From assembly GCA_002104905.1 (NCBI GenBank), contig MCFE01000076.1, positions 62,001 to 126,000 on the forward strand: a stretch of 64,000 nt of DNA. The letters are read 5' to 3'. Positions 62,124 to 64,000 of this stretch are shown here, piece after piece. Every line of letters starts with the position of its first letter. The first letter of the stretch is position 1. The translations under genes and the position numbers were made by a program. The notes under the pieces are model-generated. The model was not told where the DNA came from. It ran no database searches and worked only from the letters and a program-made list of their open reading frames with translations. The stretch is from Basidiobolus meristosporus CBS 931.73. Its lineage: Eukaryota; Fungi; Basidiobolomycota.

Positions 62124-62974
62124 ATGAGGTTCTTGGACTCGTACATCGCTAGGATGCAGAAATCAGAGAGGACGCCGTTTCCTCCGATGCCGCCGCTTAC
62201 TCATATCTTCGGCTCGTTCCTCGCCGCGTTCACTGGTATATCTATAGTCGGCCTGTTGACCTGGGAGGCAAAAATCTTCAGTGCTTACAATGATGCCCCG
62301 GTGATTATGGGTGCGTTTGGTGCCAGCTCGGTACTGATTTATGTAGCCTTGGATAGTCCCCTGGCACAGCCTTACAATGCATGTAAGCAGCACCAAACTC
62401 ATATTTCCCATCCATTCCTGGCTAATTCTGGTTTGATGTAGTTGTTGGTGGAACCATCTCGGCGTTTATCGGGGTTTCTGTCGGAAAGATCTTTGAGGCG
62501 GCCTGTGAGCATAGTACTGACCACTTGTGGCTACAGGCTTCGCTTGCTGTATCGTTGGCCATTGTTGGAATGATGCTAACACGCAGTGTTCATCCGCCAG
62601 GAGCTGCCACCGCTCTGATTACCGTGACTAGTGGGCAAAGCATCCGAGACATCGGCTACTTTTTCCTCGTCTCTCCACTCCTTTTGGGCACAGCCATCAT
62701 GATCATCGTCGCCGTGCTGTTCAATAATGTGCATCGGAAATACCCGAAGTACTGGATCTTCAGGAAGCCGGAGCTGATTGAGCTTGGGGTCAACAAAAGG
62801 GACGGGCTTGGAGCAAAGCAGACAGCCAACCAGGATGTCGAGATCCCAATGATCGAGCAGTCTACTCCTACCACTGAAGCCAAGCTGGGGGCGGCTGAAA
62901 AAAGAATCCGAGAGTTGGAGGCCAAGATTGCTAAGATGGAGCAATTCGCCCAGCTGGGGGTGGCATCGAATTAG
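62124..62974 (+). CDS. HPP family integral membrane protein (2 exons; intron 62383-62441)
   Basis: GAFGASSVLIY...SPLAQPYNAFVGG...SAFIGV and TRSVHPPGAATAL are HPP hallmarks; the splice keeps frame. Confidence 0.93.
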
Positions 62975-63706
62975 ATCGCCTAAGGGCTCCGCGAAATACC
63001 CCTCATGATCCGTCAGCTCTGTCTCGCATTCCGTAGCCATCTGATTTGCTGTGGTGGTCCTCAGACCGCATGTATATCTAAAAAGGGTGAAATATCCCAT
63101 CATTCCGAGATGGCTTCTTTAAATAGGCCGATTAATCTGTGTTATATACAAATGGTTTGGTTAGCAATAAATAGAAGTGTACAATGGGCAGTGTATTTGT
63201 CAGATCTATTGCATCTCGAGAAGATTGAGCCGAACGTGAACCGTTTGCCGGAATGCTGCTTGGTGCCTATGCGTTGTCTGTAGCCCCCATCCAGATCAGC
63301 TCAACATGATGCGGGTGTGACGTGGTTGTTTTGAACACCCACAGAGACATGGGATTCGCAGTGATCTGTGTGAAATAGAACTTCCACTGGCCGAGATTGG
63401 CGGCGATTGGTGGCGTTTACAATGAGATAGGTCTATGGTATATGTACAATCAGCATAAAGTATGGAGTGAGTGATGGTTTACTCGAGTATCTGGAAATGC
63501 AGTTGAGATATGTAGTGACCCGCGCTATATAGATATATGGAAAGGCAGATCAAATGTGGATTTTCTAGCACTCTTCATGGTCTTGATTGGGCAAGTGACT
63601 AGGGAAAGACCCAATGGCCTATTTCTCAAGATGTTAGATAACCATTTATAAGCCTCTCCACCGACAGTCATTCGTAGAACCAAATCTCTAACTGTCATCA
63701 GCTACA

Positions 63707-64000
63707 ATGGAGCGAAAATTTAAGCTAAAGCTACTGCTTTCGCTGACTACACTTTTCTTTTTGGCCGAATTGGTAGTAGGCTATGCTGCCGGCTCCATAG
63801 CGTTGATTGCCGACTCCTTCCATATGTTAAGCGATATGCTTAGTGTCATTGTAGCATTATACGCAATCAATGTAAGAATGCGGGATCACCCTAAATGGCG
63901 TATTTGCGCTAACCTATTCTCCAGTTGAGTGAAAGGCGGGACTACTCTGCACAATATACCTACGGTTGGCAACGGGCAGAAGTTCTTGGCGCTTTGATAA
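63707..64000 (+). CDS. Cation diffusion facilitator zinc transporter (Zrc1/Cot1/ZnT1-like), truncated by the window end
   Basis: FFLAELVVGY..GSIALIADSFHMLSD; after intron 63873-63924, YTYGWQRAEVLGALI. Confidence 0.95.

Noticed and set aside
62124-62974. Recent bacterial horizontal transfer of the HPP gene
   Set aside because: It has a spliceosomal intron and HPP proteins are widespread in fungi; no support without a phylogeny.
62576-63103. 175-aa minus-strand ORF overlapping the HPP gene
   Set aside because: Antisense shadow of a GC-rich CDS with no motif support.

Overview
Eukaryotic DNA, most likely an early-diverging fungus (inferred from short GT-AG introns, gene content and TE types). 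The window has two sharply separated domains. (1) About 1-52,350 is a strongly CpG-depleted, gene-free graveyard of nested transposons. It holds Ty3/Gypsy and Ty1/Copia remnants and five LTR families (labelled B, E, H, I, J), many as solo LTRs with intact target-site duplications (TSDs). It also holds an En/Spm (CACTA) transposase repeatedly found back-to-back with an unknown repeat-containing ORF (element A), a 3.4-kb two-ORF PHIS-like DNA transposon (element D; compact ISL2/IS5-like DDE_Tnp_4 transposase, AGACTTGTTC termini, 3-bp TSD) and its 730-bp fold-back derivative (element C). Several local inversions can be reconstructed, including one where the two halves of a TSD sit on two inverted D copies. 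(2) About 52,350-64,000 is CpG-normal, intron-rich host DNA: a BCAS3/PROPPIN-like WD40 gene, a MoxR-lid/Mtc2-like AAA gene, an HPP-family membrane protein, the start of a CDF zinc transporter and two weakly supported hypothetical genes. No rRNA, tRNA or CRISPR array was seen. All family assignments are by eye from motifs, no database search was run, and boundaries of degenerate repeats are approximate.
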